From Eledone cirrhosa (taxonomy: Eukaryota), in NCBI GenBank assembly GCA_964016885.1, contig OZ024757.1, positions 25,730,001-25,794,000 of the forward strand: a DNA stretch of 64,000 nt, read 5' to 3'. This document shows, piece by piece, positions 12,350 to 25,905 of this stretch (the stretch's first letter is position 1; the number at the start of each line of letters is the position of its first letter). Made by a program: the position numbers and the translations under genes. The notes under the pieces are model-generated. The model made no database searches, was not told where the DNA came from, and saw nothing but the letters and a program-made list of their open reading frames with translations.

Positions 12350-12427
12350 GCTCTGTATAGTCTTAAAGATTATTTCACGAAACTTTCAGTGGGGATGGTC
12401 ACGGTTGGAATCGATCATCAGCAGAGC
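12350..12427 (-). ncRNA. Type I hammerhead ribozyme within PLE-like fragment 12098-12452
   Basis: Reverse complement: GCTCTG-CTGATGA-(38 nt)-GAAA-TAATCTTTAAGACTA-TA-CAGAGC; perfect 6-bp stem I. The element tail also occurs at 17385-17465 and 60940-61035. Confidence 0.65.
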
Positions 12428-12459
12428 TCAAAGACACTATAACCAAAGTTCCAATATAC

Positions 12460-12547
12460 ATAGGAAAATGTATGACCCCGACGGCAGAGCTCAAGCCGTT
12501 TCGACGGCTATTTCTGGACTCGTACAACTCTTACCACAACTCCTTCG

Positions 12548-12549
<2 letters not shown>
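12460..12549. mobile_element. Truncated member of the CGGCTTGAGCTC-stem PLE-like family
   Basis: Inverted arm ATAGGAAAATG..GACCCCGACGGCAGAGCTCAAGCCGTTTCGACGGCTATTTC joined to the family tail CTTACCACA..CCTTCGTTA. Confidence 0.7.
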
Positions 12550-12590
<41 letters not shown>

Positions 12591-12662
12591 ATTGGAGGCG
12601 GTAAAAACCAGTTAAACCATCACTCACCAGAGAACTCGATATCCCGTCGGGTTCCTGAATTT

Positions 12663-12706
<44 letters not shown>

Positions 12707-12734
12707 CAGTGCATTCTACACGTGAATGGAGTTT

Positions 12735-13109
12735 CATTGAAATAGGTGGAGAAGTTCAAGTATCTCGGAGCCGTGTTCACGAGTGATGGAAGGCAAGAGG
12801 CAACACGCCAACTCCAGATAGAGCCGCTACTTCTCTGAATTGAGAGATCACAGCACCAATACTATGGCCATGTGGTTAGAATGTCTCAGGAAAGAATCTG
12901 TGGACAGATTTTACGGGCAAAACCAACTGTCAGAAAACCCAGGGGTAGATCTCGAAAAAGATGGTTGGATAACTTCCATGAGTTTGGCTGGTCTCGCTTG
13001 GGGATCCAGCTGCATCAATTGGAGACGGTTGCGTCTGACAGGACCAGCTGGAAGGAGTGTTTGAGGACTGTGCCCTTACGACCCTACCAGGAAAAAGTGG
13101 GTGAAGAAG

Positions 13110-13110
<1 letters not shown>
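12735..13110 (+). mobile_element. RTE-clade LINE 3' fragment, internally deleted
   Basis: VEKFKYLGAVFTSDGRQE and YYGHVVRMSQERICGQILRAKPTVRKPRGRSRKRWLDN are typical of RTE ORF C-termini; contains an in-frame stop. Confidence 0.8.
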
Positions 13111-13171
<61 letters not shown>

Positions 13172-13271
13172 TCAGGATTTTACCAGTTTAAACTAGTAAG
13201 ACCATTATTCAGTAGAGTGCTTGATATATATAAACATATATATGTATATATAACAAAGTTACCGTCTTGCA

Positions 13272-13317
<46 letters not shown>

Positions 13318-13799
13318 GTTTGTGCATGCTTTTTAAATAACATTATAACAAAGCTACTGACTTGCGTCATTATATATATATATTTATATATATGGGGGTG
13401 ATCTTTTTGTGTACTCTGACTTACTGAGCTAATTTTATGTATAGAAACATATTATGTCATTTGAACAAACCTTTTTATTATACCTATTTATGTGTTTTCT
13501 CGATTTGGCCTGCTTGTTATTCCACGCTTTCTACATAGATCTGTTTTGATATCTTTTCATTTTATTGTAGGTAAACTTCCTTTTTAAATGTTTCTTTTAT
13601 TCCTCTGCTTTACGCCATTATACTGTAGCCATGATGGAGACTTCACTGCTGCCCTTACTCATTGGACAAGTGTCCATGTTGGAAGGTTCACTGACGTCAG
13701 TCATTTGGCCGTAGTCATGTTTGGGGTTTTACTGCCCTTAGAAATTTGATTGTAGCCATATAATTAATGACTGAAACCAGTAATGTCTGTGTATTACCT

Positions 13800-14709
13800 A
13801 TAGGGGCCTACATCTTACGACCGATTTTCATGAAACTTTACAGGCTCATAGATTAGTCATCGGGGAGTGTTTTCTATATAGCAGCGTATCGTTTTTTTTT
13901 TTTATTTGGGGGTCATTCTGCAGATAAAATTCACCTTTTTTTAGGTATCGAAAAATAAGATTTTTGGTTCTAGCTCCCACCGATTTCGTTCACATTTTAA
14001 AGCAATATAGAATTTATCATTGCGCATCCTGTAATGGCTTTATATTTTGCATTTGTTGTTCAGGGACGGCGTGGCAGCCGCTTTAATATTCAAAAATATC
14101 ACTTTTAGGTATCGAAAAATAAGATTTTTTACTCTCGCTCCCACTTTTGCCACCGATTTCGTTCAAATTTTAAAGCAAAATAGAATTTATTGTTGCACAT
14201 CCTATAATGGCTTTATATTTTGCATTTTTTGTTCAGGGACGGCGTGGCAGCCGCTTAAATATTCAAAAATACCACTTTTAGACTCAAATTTCCACTTTTT
14301 CGGCTCTAGCTCCCACATTAATCAACCTACTTTGTTTAAATTTTACACTACGCTAGATCTGATTATTTCACGTCTTAAAATGGCTTTACATTTTGGATTT
14401 TTGTTCAGGAACGGCGTCGCAGCCACTTAAGTATTCGAAAATACCACCTTTTCGCTCAAATTTCCGCCTTTTCGGCTCTAGCACCCACATTTTTCAACCG
14501 ATTTCGTTCAAATTCGAAACTCCCTCCCCCAGCATGTCCCTTCGTCAGTCACCCGCGTTTCTCAGTGATATAGGTCATCACCACCCTCCTCCGCATGGCC
14601 TGTGTGTGGCCATAGATGAGTCATCGAGAAGCAGTCGCTAAAATCAACACCATTTCATCAAAGCAGATATTATTTTACCTACCCAGGCAACGCTGGGTAC
14701 TGCTGCTAG
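13800..14709 (+). mobile_element. Non-autonomous Helitron (5' boundary approximate)
   Basis: 3' hairpin TACCCAGGCAACGCTGGGTA (14680-14699) then CTAG|T at 14706-14710; internal repeated blocks (TTTTAGGTATCGAAAAATAAGATTTTT at ~13939 and ~14104). Confidence 0.8.
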
Positions 14710-14730
14710 TATATATATATATATATATAT

Positions 14731-14779
<49 letters not shown>

Positions 14780-14784
<5 letters not shown>

Positions 14785-14883
14785 GAAATGTTTTGTTCAA
14801 GAACACAACACATAACCCAATCCAATAATGAAACCCATGGCATTACAATCGTAAATCCCACAACCTTACCACTAGACCACACA
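14780..14883 (-). mobile_element. tRNA-head/CORE-like SINE fragment
   Basis: Reverse complement: GTGTGGTCTAGTGGTAAGG...TGTGTTGTGTTCTTGAACAAAACATTTC; related to the heads at 63374-63580. Confidence 0.55.
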
Positions 14884-15039
14884 CTTTTTGAGCTAATGTT
14901 TTAGAGCCAGATGTCCTTCCTGACAGTATATGATTTGAGCTGCTTCTTACAACACACAGTGTGCCTATTCTAAACCAGATAAATACAGAATTAATACAAT
15001 TGATATATTCTTTGGAGTAACGTTACTTGATAAAGTGCG

Positions 15040-15320
15040 TAGCAGGTAGAGCCGCTACTTCACCAAATTGAGAGATCACAGCTCCAATATTATGGGCATG
15101 TGGTTAGAATGTCCCAGGAAAAAATCACTGCACAGATTTTACAGGCAAAACCAGCCAACAAGAGACACAGTGGGTAGACCCTGAGCAAGATGGTTAGATA
15201 ACATCCATGAGCTTGACTGGTCTCGCTTGAAGACAGTTACTTTTGACAGGACCCGCTGGAAGGTGTGTTTGAAGACTCTGTCACCTACGACCCTCTCAGG
15301 AATAAGTGGGCAAAGAACAA
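15040..15320 (+). mobile_element. RTE-clade LINE 3' fragment
   Basis: Alignable by eye to 12815-13110 (TAGAGCCGCTACTT..AATTGAGAGATCACAGC..). Confidence 0.75.
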
Positions 15321-15367
15321 GACAGTAGAAGTTAAGGGTTCTGGTAATTATTAATAGATCTTTGAAA

Positions 15368-15578
15368 ATTTTGAAAGTAGGTTTATAAGTATGAATTTTC
15401 ATAAGGTTTTTGTAGTTGTTTCTGTGGCCCAGTGGTAGGTACTAGAGACGGTGAAGATTAAGGCCTTGGGTTCAATCCTGGTCAAGAAGTACATGTAATC
15501 TTTTTCAGTTTTTATTTTACTAGGCCGCCGAGACAACTACAAAATGAAAATTGATAATTATAAACCTACTTTCAAAAT
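15368..15578. mobile_element. Foldback/MITE-like element with ~65-bp imperfect terminal inverted repeats
   Basis: ATTTTGAAAGTAGGTTTATAA..TTTGTAGTTGT ... ACAACTACAAA..TTATAAACCTACTTTCAAAAT. Confidence 0.6.
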
Positions 15579-15900
15579 CAAAGTTAAAAAGATGTGGTGT
15601 CATTCATAGTTTTCCTAGAGTCATATTTAGGGGCGACTTGTCAATTTTCTGGCGCCTTTGTAACAACCTTATTATTCCTATGTATCTTTAACTGTTGAAT
15701 TAATTTAATTTGATTATTTTAACAAACAAATAATATATATATTTAATATAGAAATGGCTTCTACAGATTCTGTCATTACTACTACAGAGGTCCGGTGAGC
15801 TTTTGATTCCAGAGTCGGGCTAGATCGATACAGATCGATACAGATCCAACCTTCAGCTGATCAGTAGCGAAACGGGTAAGCATTCATCCTTGTATTATTA

Positions 15901-16010
15901 TCTGAGTTAACTTTGCCTTTCATCCTTACGGGGTCGATAAAATAAAGTACCAGTAATACACTGAGATAATTGCTGGCCTTGTGCCAAAAAAGTAGAAACA
16001 ATTATTATAT
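15901..16010 (+). mobile_element. Nin/Deu-type SINE 3' half
   Basis: AACTTTGCCTTTCATCCTTACGGGGTCGATAAAATAAAGTACCAGT. Confidence 0.8.
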
Positions 16011-16133
16011 TACACTTTGTCTAGCTCTACACCTCGATACTGACGTGAATCTAAATATCGAGTGCTCACCAGGGTGAACATTACAGTAACTACGCGTTAC
16101 ACTCTCTGGATATATATATACATATATATATAT

Positions 16134-16410
16134 AAGAGAGTATTGAAGTTTGCTTGAAGCATTGTGGAACAATAAGTAAATATCTTTAAGTCGTTTGGAA
16201 GCCTCGACAATGCAAATGGGTAAATCTCCGGGTTGTTATTTTTATTTTTATCCTTTATACTCTTCCCTTCATTCTACACATCTCACACATCTTATACACA
16301 CCACGCATCTCAACGTACACCCACTTACATCTCTCTCTCCACCACCGGACCTTGTTACCCGGAGATTTACCCATTTGCATTGTCGAGGCTTCCAAACGAC
16401 TTAAAGATAT
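16134..16410 (-). mobile_element. Hairpin+tail element in (TA)n, no hammerhead visible
   Basis: 54-bp perfect inverted arms 16180-16233 / 16357-16410, with an unpaired ~45-bp tail on the left. Confidence 0.7.
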
Positions 16411-16425
16411 ATATATATATATAAA

Positions 16426-16477
<52 letters not shown>

Positions 16478-16909
16478 ATGAGAAGAAAGAATACTGCGTG
16501 GTTGCACATGGGTTACATATGATAAAAATTGTCCTTCGTCAGTGATTTTCCAACCTTCATTGGTATTTCATCGCTTTAAAATTCATGTACCTCAGGTTGG
16601 TGCGAGCAATAGCTAAATAAAGCTTTTGGGACAAGTAAATCGCGTAAAGCGGGCGAGACAAGTAAACAAACATAGAAGGATTGATAGTAACGCAAAGATA
16701 GGAAAAAACAAGCAACATGGTTATCCGGTCATCTTAAGCTGGGTGGATTTCATGAGCGAGCGAAATACAGACCATCCGACGTGAGTGAGATGTGAGCAAG
16801 AAGAGAACCCACACAGGCCAAACGGGAGGAAGTGAGAAGGGGAGAAACAGAGAGTGAGTGAGTGGAAGTGGCCAGTCGAGAGAAAGTGTAACTGACAGAG
16901 GGGGCGAAA

Positions 16910-16965
<56 letters not shown>

Positions 16966-16980
16966 TATATATATATATAT

Positions 16981-17378
16981 ATAATACAAGATCAAAAGAT
17001 GGTTAAAAGAGTTTCAAGTATTTTATTATGCGCATTTCAAAAACAAATATCATCATGAGATGATATCTGCGTTTTCATCAGATAAAATAGGGAGACATGA
17101 TATGAAGGTTAAAAAGCACTTGTGAATAGTGAAGTTTTAAATCAACAAGTGTTTTTTAACCTTCATATCATGTATCCCTATTTTATCTGATGAAAACGCA
17201 GATATCATCTCATGATGATATTTGTTTTTGAAATGCGCATAATAAAATACTTGGAACTCTTTTAACCATCTTTTGATCTTATATTATTTATACTCCAGTC
17301 CTACAAACTGTAGAGTGCTACTTATCCGTTATTTGCATTGCTTTATTGTGCTACAATAAAACTCACCTCTTACATTAT
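16981..17378 (+). mobile_element. PLE-like inverted-repeat element with a hammerhead on each arm
   Basis: Arms ~16981-17125 / ~17145-17287 plus ~90-bp tail; HHR at 17019-17089 (-) and 17179-17249 (+); flanked by (TA)n. Confidence 0.85.
17179..17249 (+). ncRNA. Type I hammerhead ribozyme with long stem II
   Basis: TATTTTAT-CTGATGA-AAACGCAGATATCATCTCATGATGATATTTGTTTTT-GAAA-TGCGCA-TA-ATAAAATA; 8-bp stem I, palindromic stem III. Confidence 0.85.
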
Positions 17379-17461
17379 ATATATATTTTAACGCTATAGT
17401 CACTTATATATTATGAAATACTGTGTGCTTCTTGCTCATAATAATTTCTATACTTTTCATT

Positions 17462-17597
<136 letters not shown>

Positions 17598-17714
17598 GTT
17601 TATGAAGGTGTGGTGGTGAAGTGTTCAACAAGGCAGGATTTAATTGAATTCACTTGGTTAAAAATAGAAAATGTCCTTACCATTCATACTAATGGTCGAG
17701 AGGGCATGTTTAAT

Positions 17715-18056
17715 AGGTGGGGTGGGGTGTTAAGGTGGGGGTGCGGTGTTAAGGTGTGGGGGGGTTACGGTGGGGGTGGGGTGTTAAGGTGGGGGTGAGG
17801 TGTTAAGGTGGGGGTGCGGTGTTAAGGTGGGGGTGCGGTGTTAAGGTGTGGGGGGTTACGGTGGGGGTGCGGTGTTAAGGTGTGGGGGGTTACGGTGGGG
17901 GTGGGGTGTTAAGGTGGGGGTGCGGGGGGTTACGGTGGGGTTGGGTGTTAAGTTTGGGGATGGAGTGTTACGGTTGGGTGGGGTGTTACGGTGGGGGGCG
18001 GGGTGTTAGGGGGGGGGGGGGGTCAAGGTTGGGGATGGAGTGTTAAGGTGGGGGTT
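17715..18056 (+). repeat. G-rich minisatellite (GTGTTAAGGTGGGGGT-like)
   Basis: About 20 degenerate 15-20-bp units with G4-G6 runs. Confidence 0.85.
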
Positions 18057-18289
18057 CGATTGTGTTGAAAGGTCAGTATTTGGGGGTTTGTGAAAGTGAA
18101 AAAAGTTAAGAGTGAATATAGAATTTGTCTATTGTCTTGTGGTGTGTGTATGTGTGTGTGTGTGTGTCGTGTGCGTGTGTGTGTGCGCGTGTGTGTGCGT
18201 GTGCGTGTGTATGTGCGTGTGTGTGTGTGTGTGTACAGTTTGTATCAAGGGAACAAAATTGTTTTTAGGGATAGCAGATAAACGTAAGG

Positions 18290-18375
<86 letters not shown>

Positions 18376-18377
<2 letters not shown>

Positions 18378-18559
18378 CGAAGGAAATGTGGTAAGGAACC
18401 AGTTGGACCATAACGCACCAAAGTACTCAATACTTACGGTAGTAGAGTGGGTAATAGGAACCAGTAAGACCCCGACGGCTGAGCTCAAGCCGTTTCGACG
18501 GTTAATTCTAAATTAGCCGTCGAAACGGCTTGAGCTCAGCCGTCGGGGTCCTACTGGTT

Positions 18560-18564
<5 letters not shown>
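18376..18564 (-). mobile_element. Hairpin+tail PLE-like element (CGGCTTGAGCTC family; 3' half of the hammerhead only)
   Basis: Inverted arms 18454-18564 with GAAA-CGGCTTGAGCTCAGCCG-TC-GGGGTC; tail homologous to 22540-22617. Confidence 0.8.
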
Positions 18565-18625
<61 letters not shown>

Positions 18626-18806
18626 GTGTGTGTGTATATAAATATATATATAAGTATGTGTGTGTGTCTGTATGTATGCACCTGTATGAGTGTATGTATA
18701 TATATATATATTTATATGTATTTATATAGACACATACATGTGTATACATATTCATATATATATGTATGTATATATATATATATAAGTATATATATATTAA
18801 TATTCA

Positions 18807-18845
<39 letters not shown>

Positions 18846-18860
18846 ATATTCATATATTCA

Positions 18861-19018
<158 letters not shown>

Positions 19019-19019
19019 T

Positions 19020-19088
<69 letters not shown>

Positions 19089-19091
19089 TAT

Positions 19092-19167
<76 letters not shown>

Positions 19168-19437
19168 ATATATATATATATATACATATTCATCTGTACT
19201 CCACTCGATCAAAGGACAGTCTCGCCTCTGGCATACCAATGCATTTCGTGTTTTAATTACAGGTAGGCTAGTTGTGTTTGACATTTTCTACATGAGAGCT
19301 AATGTGCATTGCTTGCTGCACATGGCATCACATAGCTGCACAAATAGAAGCTGATGATAACTACATATATTTCTGCATGGATCTCTTTTGTCGTGCTAAA
19401 TGATCACAAATAGCATCATTGGTGCACATGCACCAAC

Positions 19438-19482
<45 letters not shown>

Positions 19483-19586
19483 TGTGTGCGCGTGCGCGCG
19501 CGCGTGTGTGTAGATTTGTAAATATATATATATAAACTCACACACATATATATATATATATTTGTATGAATATATTTATGTGTATG

Positions 19587-19617
<31 letters not shown>

Positions 19618-19847
19618 ATGTATATATATATATGTGTGTGTATATATCTATGTGTATGTATATATATATATATGTGTGTGTGTATATATCTATGTGTATG
19701 TATATCTATGTGTATGTGTATGTATATATATATATGTATATCTCATTCCATTTTTAAGACTAACTTAACTAGCCATCCTATTCTCCATATATTATATATA
19801 AATATATATATTATATATATATATATATACATATATATATGAATATA

Positions 19848-19889
<42 letters not shown>

Positions 19890-20082
19890 TATATATATGT
19901 ATATATATATATATAGATATATATATATATTTGTGTGTGTGTGTGTGTGTGTGTGAATATATATATATATGTATGTATATATATATGTATTTATATATAT
20001 ATGTATATATATATTTATATGTGTGTGTATATATGTATGTATATATACACACATATATATATGTCAGGTCACCAGTTGGTGC

Positions 20083-20630
20083 TACTGGTAACATGTATGC
20101 CAGTACAACCTGTCTCATGGTCGGGTCGTTGGCGACTAAACTGGCAACCCCACCAAGTTTTGGTGAGGAGGGTGACTTTGGACATCCTGCAGGACTAAAA
20201 ACAAAACCTGTCAAAGGGCAAAGGAGCTCTTAAGAGTCAATGGCCTTCCAAAATCACCGGGAGAGATGAAAACTCTGATATAACACCTGCAACCCTGATG
20301 GTATCCAATGATGTTGACTTGTTCTTCTTTTTGGTAAATATTATCTTGGTTAAGAGAGTGGGACTGGCTTTGTGCAGTGCCTTTGCTCACTATAAAAGCT
20401 TCACGGCACAGGCATTGCTTTATATCTGGAGATCTCTCTGCACTTGTCGTCACATGGTACCAAGGGCCCAGCACTATGTGTCGATAATTGTCACAAGTGT
20501 AGTGTTTGTGCCAGAGTTTTCAAGTCGCTGGCTGGACTAAAAAGTCACACTCGTTCAGCGCATCGGTAGGGGTTCTCCTACATGGATATAAAGTAGTGGC
20601 CGTACTCGAAAACGAGTTGGCAGCCACCAT
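20083..20630 (+). mobile_element. Non-autonomous RTE-derived element
   Basis: 3' part encodes CSVCARVFKSLAGLKSHTRSAHR* (C2H2-like RTE C-terminus); terminal hairpin CTCGAAAACGAG; ATGT-type tail; second copy at 37001-37458. Confidence 0.7.
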
Positions 20631-20632
20631 GC

Positions 20633-20700
<68 letters not shown>

Positions 20701-21013
20701 GTGTGTGTGTGTCTGTGTGTATTATAAAGAGTGGGACTCCGACGGGTGAGCTCTTGCCGTTTCTATAGCTAGTTCCAGTCTCTAGTAAGTAATGGTCTAA
20801 CCAGTTTCAAACTGAATCCATCCTGATTTATATATATATAAACGCACACACATGTTGCACCCCTTAGAGAACTGTGTTGGGTGGGTGAGGATACACGTGC
20901 TTGTGGTTTTCATCTATTTGCTCGTTAACGTCACCAGCAGCCTGCCTGTTCCATTGTTCAAACAACTGGAACACTCTTCGTCGAAACCGACGGATGTCCA
21001 ACAACACCAGCAA

Positions 21014-21624
<611 letters not shown>

Positions 21625-21627
<3 letters not shown>

Positions 21628-21771
21628 ATGTAGGAGGTGAGTTTTATTGTAGCACAATAAAGCAATGCAAATAACGGATAAGTAGCACTCAACAGTTTAT
21701 AAGACTGGAGTAAAAGTTTTTGAAATGTGCATAATAAAATACATGGAACTCTTTTAACCATCTTTTGATTT

Positions 21772-21780
<9 letters not shown>
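21625..21780 (-). mobile_element. Truncated copy of the 16981-17378 family
   Basis: Reverse-complement tail joined to an inverted arm fragment starting at TTTTTGAAATGTGCATAATAAAATAC. Confidence 0.75.
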
Positions 21781-21863
<83 letters not shown>

Positions 21864-22024
21864 TAATATATATATATATAAAGTAAGAATATTTTCGAAA
21901 TATAAATACTCATAAATATAAATACTCATCTTTTTCCATTTCTCCGAGGGTTCTTAACCCCACTATCAGGCTAAATAACTTCTTTAATTTCTTTAGTCAA
22001 AATATGGCGATAGCTTACATTTCT

Positions 22025-22107
<83 letters not shown>

Positions 22108-22110
<3 letters not shown>

Positions 22111-22432
22111 TATCGGTAGAGGGTCGGACGCCATGCTTTCCAGCATAGTTACATCCCTTTACGATCTGAGTTCAAATCCCGCCGAGGTTGACTTTGCCTT
22201 TCATCCTTACGGGGTCGATAAAATAAAGTACCAGTAATGCACTGGGTATGTGCTGGCCTTGTGCCTAAAGTAGAAACTGTTATTATTTATGAAATAGATT
22301 GGCAGTATGGGTAGATGGTCGGGCGCCATGCTTTGAAGCATAGAGTTACCTCCCTTTATGATCTGAGTTCAAATCCCGCCGAGGTTAACTTTGCCTTTCA
22401 TCCTTACGGGGTCGATAAAATAAAGTACCAAT
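22108..22432 (+). mobile_element. Two tandem Nin/Deu-type SINEs
   Basis: Heads CAGTATCGGTAGAGGGTCGGACGCCATGC and B-box GAGTTCAAATCCCGCC at ~22168 and ~22365. Confidence 0.8.
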
Positions 22433-22442
22433 ATATATATAT

Positions 22443-22617
22443 ATAGGAAAATGTTCAAGACCCCGACGACTATTTCAGTGCAGAAATAGCCGTCGAAACG
22501 GCTTGAGCTCTGCCGTCGGGGTCTTGAATATTTTCCTATTACCCACTCTGCTACCTTAAGTATTGAGTACTCTGGTGCGTTATGGTCCACCTGGTTCCTT
22601 ACCACACTTCCTTCGTT
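22443..22617 (+). mobile_element. Hairpin+tail PLE-like element (CGGCTTGAGCTC family)
   Basis: Arms ATAGGAAAATGTTCAAGACCCCGACG / CGTCGGGGTCTTGAATATTTTCCTAT plus a 78-bp tail; flanked by (TA)n. Confidence 0.8.
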
Positions 22618-22625
22618 ATATACAT

Positions 22626-22663
<38 letters not shown>

Positions 22664-22890
22664 TAAAATAACAGATTAAAGTTTAAGCACAGAATCGCTG
22701 CTTTCACCCTTAACGGGATCTTCTGAAACTTCTTTATCGAGCCCTCTTTGGATTTTAGTCTTCACATTTATTAATTTTACCTGTCCCAGTCATTCATTGA
22801 GCAACATCGGTGAGATTGGCACCCTTAACTCACGGTTGGGTGTGGATGCATTCATGTATATGTGTGTGTCCGCATCTATCTGTGTGTTTC

Positions 22891-22941
<51 letters not shown>

Positions 22942-22945
<4 letters not shown>

Positions 22946-23312
22946 AAAGAGATGAAATCGAAAATGCAACTGAAGTCTTATTTTTTTTTTAAATATATAT
23001 ATTTATTTGGTTCCTTTACCGGTTTCGCAGTTCTTCTGCTTTTCAAAAGGTGAGTTGAGATGGAGGGTCTGTGGTTTTTCTCACAGTAATCAAACAATAG
23101 ATGTGAGAAAAACCACAGACCCTCCATCTCAACTCACCTTTTGAAAAGCAGAAGAACTGCGAAACCGGTAAAGGAACCAAATAAATATATATATTTTTTT
23201 TAAAAATAAGACTTCAGTTGCATTTTCGATTTCATCTCTTTTTCTTTATACTTCCACTTGTGTAGGACACCTCGGTTATTTTTCATTTCGTAAAAAAAAC
23301 CTCACTTTCTAA
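22942..23312 (+). mobile_element. PLE-like inverted-repeat element with U3-A8 variant hammerheads
   Basis: ~143-bp arms spanning 22942-23245 plus ~65-bp tail; HHR at 23013-23050 (-) and 23137-23174 (+). Confidence 0.85.
23137..23174 (+). ncRNA. Minimal type I hammerhead ribozyme, U3-A8 core variant
   Basis: CCTT-TTGAAAA-GCAGAAGAACTGC-GAAA-CCGG-TA-AAGG; all three stems pair, stem III is the palindrome ACCGGT. Confidence 0.75.
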
Positions 23313-23715
23313 TATATATATATATATATATATTGTATAACAATATATATATATATATATATAAGTATAACAATATATATATATATATATTGTTATACTT
23401 TGCTAATAAAAACACTCGCACCTGTTGGTTTTCACTTCCATTTATTATAAATCCGGTTGGTTGGTTCGATAACCGGATGGTTGTTCATATATTGTCAAAG
23501 CTCTTTCGTCACATTCTGTGACCTCCTCAGTGAATAGGTTTTTATTTTGTCTCTCTCTATGTTCTGTCATATACCATCTTGTTTTACATATATATAAATA
23601 CATGTATATGAGTGTGTGCGTGGCGGTACCCCAGCATGGCCTCAGCAAGTCTGCAGGAACGCGTAAAATAGTAAAAGAGTATATACATATATACCTATAC
23701 GTGTTATATATATAA

Positions 23716-23831
<116 letters not shown>

Positions 23832-23832
23832 G

Positions 23833-23883
<51 letters not shown>

Positions 23884-24026
23884 GTTATATATATATATAT
23901 ATATATATATGCATGTAAATATATATTCACACTTTGGTTTGTGCATGTTTTATCATTATGAATACGGTGTGTATGTATGTGTGTATATATAGCTTTGTTT
24001 GTACATGTGCAGTTGTTATAAATATG

Positions 24027-24171
<145 letters not shown>

Positions 24172-24286
24172 TCTGACAATTATAGAATCTAAAAATATAC
24201 CTCTCTACCAGTAATCAAACAATAGACATTCAACACACACACACATATACACACACTTGTACCTGTATACATATCTACATATGTAC

Positions 24287-24350
<64 letters not shown>

Positions 24351-24365
24351 CGTACAGAAGAGTGA

Positions 24366-24419
<54 letters not shown>

Positions 24420-24479
24420 ACTCTCTGCACATTTTTGAAAACGCTCAGAAACAAGAATAGTCACGTGTATTATATATTT

Positions 24480-24530
<51 letters not shown>

Positions 24531-24545
24531 CATATATATAGATGG

Positions 24546-24585
<40 letters not shown>

Positions 24586-25013
24586 ACACACACTTATATA
24601 TTCATATATATATATATATACATATATACAAGCAGGCTGTCCAGATGTTGTGACTAGTAGAAGACTAAAATAGAAGACAATAGCCAATATGGAAGTGTTG
24701 TGTACAATGCCGATCCACTAGAAATCTCTCAGTGAAGTATGATATGGAGAGTTCTACCGGCCGTGACCAATTCCATATTGATAGCTTCTATATATAGATT
24801 GTCGTCTATTGTATTACTATACATATAATGACATCACTGTATTATACAACTCACTACTTCCATAATGTCCGCTTGTTGTTATTATGTTTGGTTTGACCTA
24901 CCTAAACATTATCTCTATGTTTATGTTTATGTTTGTGTTGAGTCCTCTCTCTCTCTCGCTGTCTCTGTTTATCATACAATACTCTATTATATACGTATAA
25001 TATAAGGGTGGTG

Positions 25014-25200
25014 GATTGGCATGTATCGGTGGAGGGTCGGAAGCCATGCTTTCCAGCATAGAGTTATGTCCCTTTACGGTCTGAGTTCAAATCCCGTCGA
25101 GGTTGACTTTGCCTTTGATCGTTACGGGGTCGATAAAATAAAGTACCAATAATGCACTGAGATAATTGCTGGCCTTGTGCCAAAAGTAGAAACAATTATA
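25014..25200 (+). mobile_element. Nin/Deu-type SINE, near full length
   Basis: GGATTGGCATGTATCGG head, B-box GAGTTCAAATCCC, central domain and GGCCTTGTGCCAAAAGTAGAAAC end. Confidence 0.8.
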
Positions 25201-25232
25201 TACGTATAATATGGTTGTGCCATGTCGATTTT

Positions 25233-25719
25233 CTGTATGACAAAAAAAGGCAGTGGCTATGTAGCCGGTAAGATTGTCAGACACCATGAGTTACGGCCCG
25301 AGTTCAGACAATTGTGAAGACAATTTAAAATCTTTTCCACCATCAATTGTTTAAAAAAACAACAAGTTCAAATCATTTAGTCGTTCGTTTATAACCTACA
25401 CAGACACGTGTACATGAAAATACATAAACAGATACAGACAACAGAAGGAAGTGGCTGGTGAAACGCTATAGCGATGTGTGTTGCGTCCCTTTAGGATTTA
25501 CCGGATACATAGCTTATTCGAACTAAAAACACTGACCACGTCTCTGGTTTTGCTGTATGACAAAAAAGGAAGAGGCTATGTAGCCGGTAGGAGTGTCAGA
25601 CACCATCAGTTGTGGACTGAGTTAAGACAATTTGAAATCTTTTCCACCATCAATTGTTAAAATAATAAAACAAGTTAAAATCATTTAGTCGCCCATTCCT
25701 AACGTATGTTACGCTTTAG

Positions 25720-25759
<40 letters not shown>

Positions 25760-25905
25760 CATCATCATCATGTAAATACATAAACAGAGATAGACAGCAG
25801 AAGGAAGGGGCTGGGGAAACGCTATAGCGATGTGTGTTGCGTCCCTTTAGGGTTTACCAGATACATAACCTATTCGGACAAAAAACACTGACCGCGTCTC
25901 TCGTT
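25233..25905. repeat. Diverged ~320-350-bp tandem duplication
   Basis: CTGTATGACAAAAAA..GGCTATGTAGCCGGTA at ~25233 and ~25553; GAAACGCTATAGCGATGTGTGTTGCGTCCCTTTAGG at ~25460 and ~25816. Confidence 0.8.

Noticed and set aside
13687-13785. Possible hammerhead CTGACGT..AGTCATT/AATGACT..GAAACCAGTA
   Set aside because: Core A9 is missing and stems I and III do not pair convincingly; at most a decayed relic
22690-22732. Minus-strand CAGAAGA-TCCCGTTAAGGGT-GAAA motif
   Set aside because: Core U4 and the cleavage-site U are absent and stem I is unsupported
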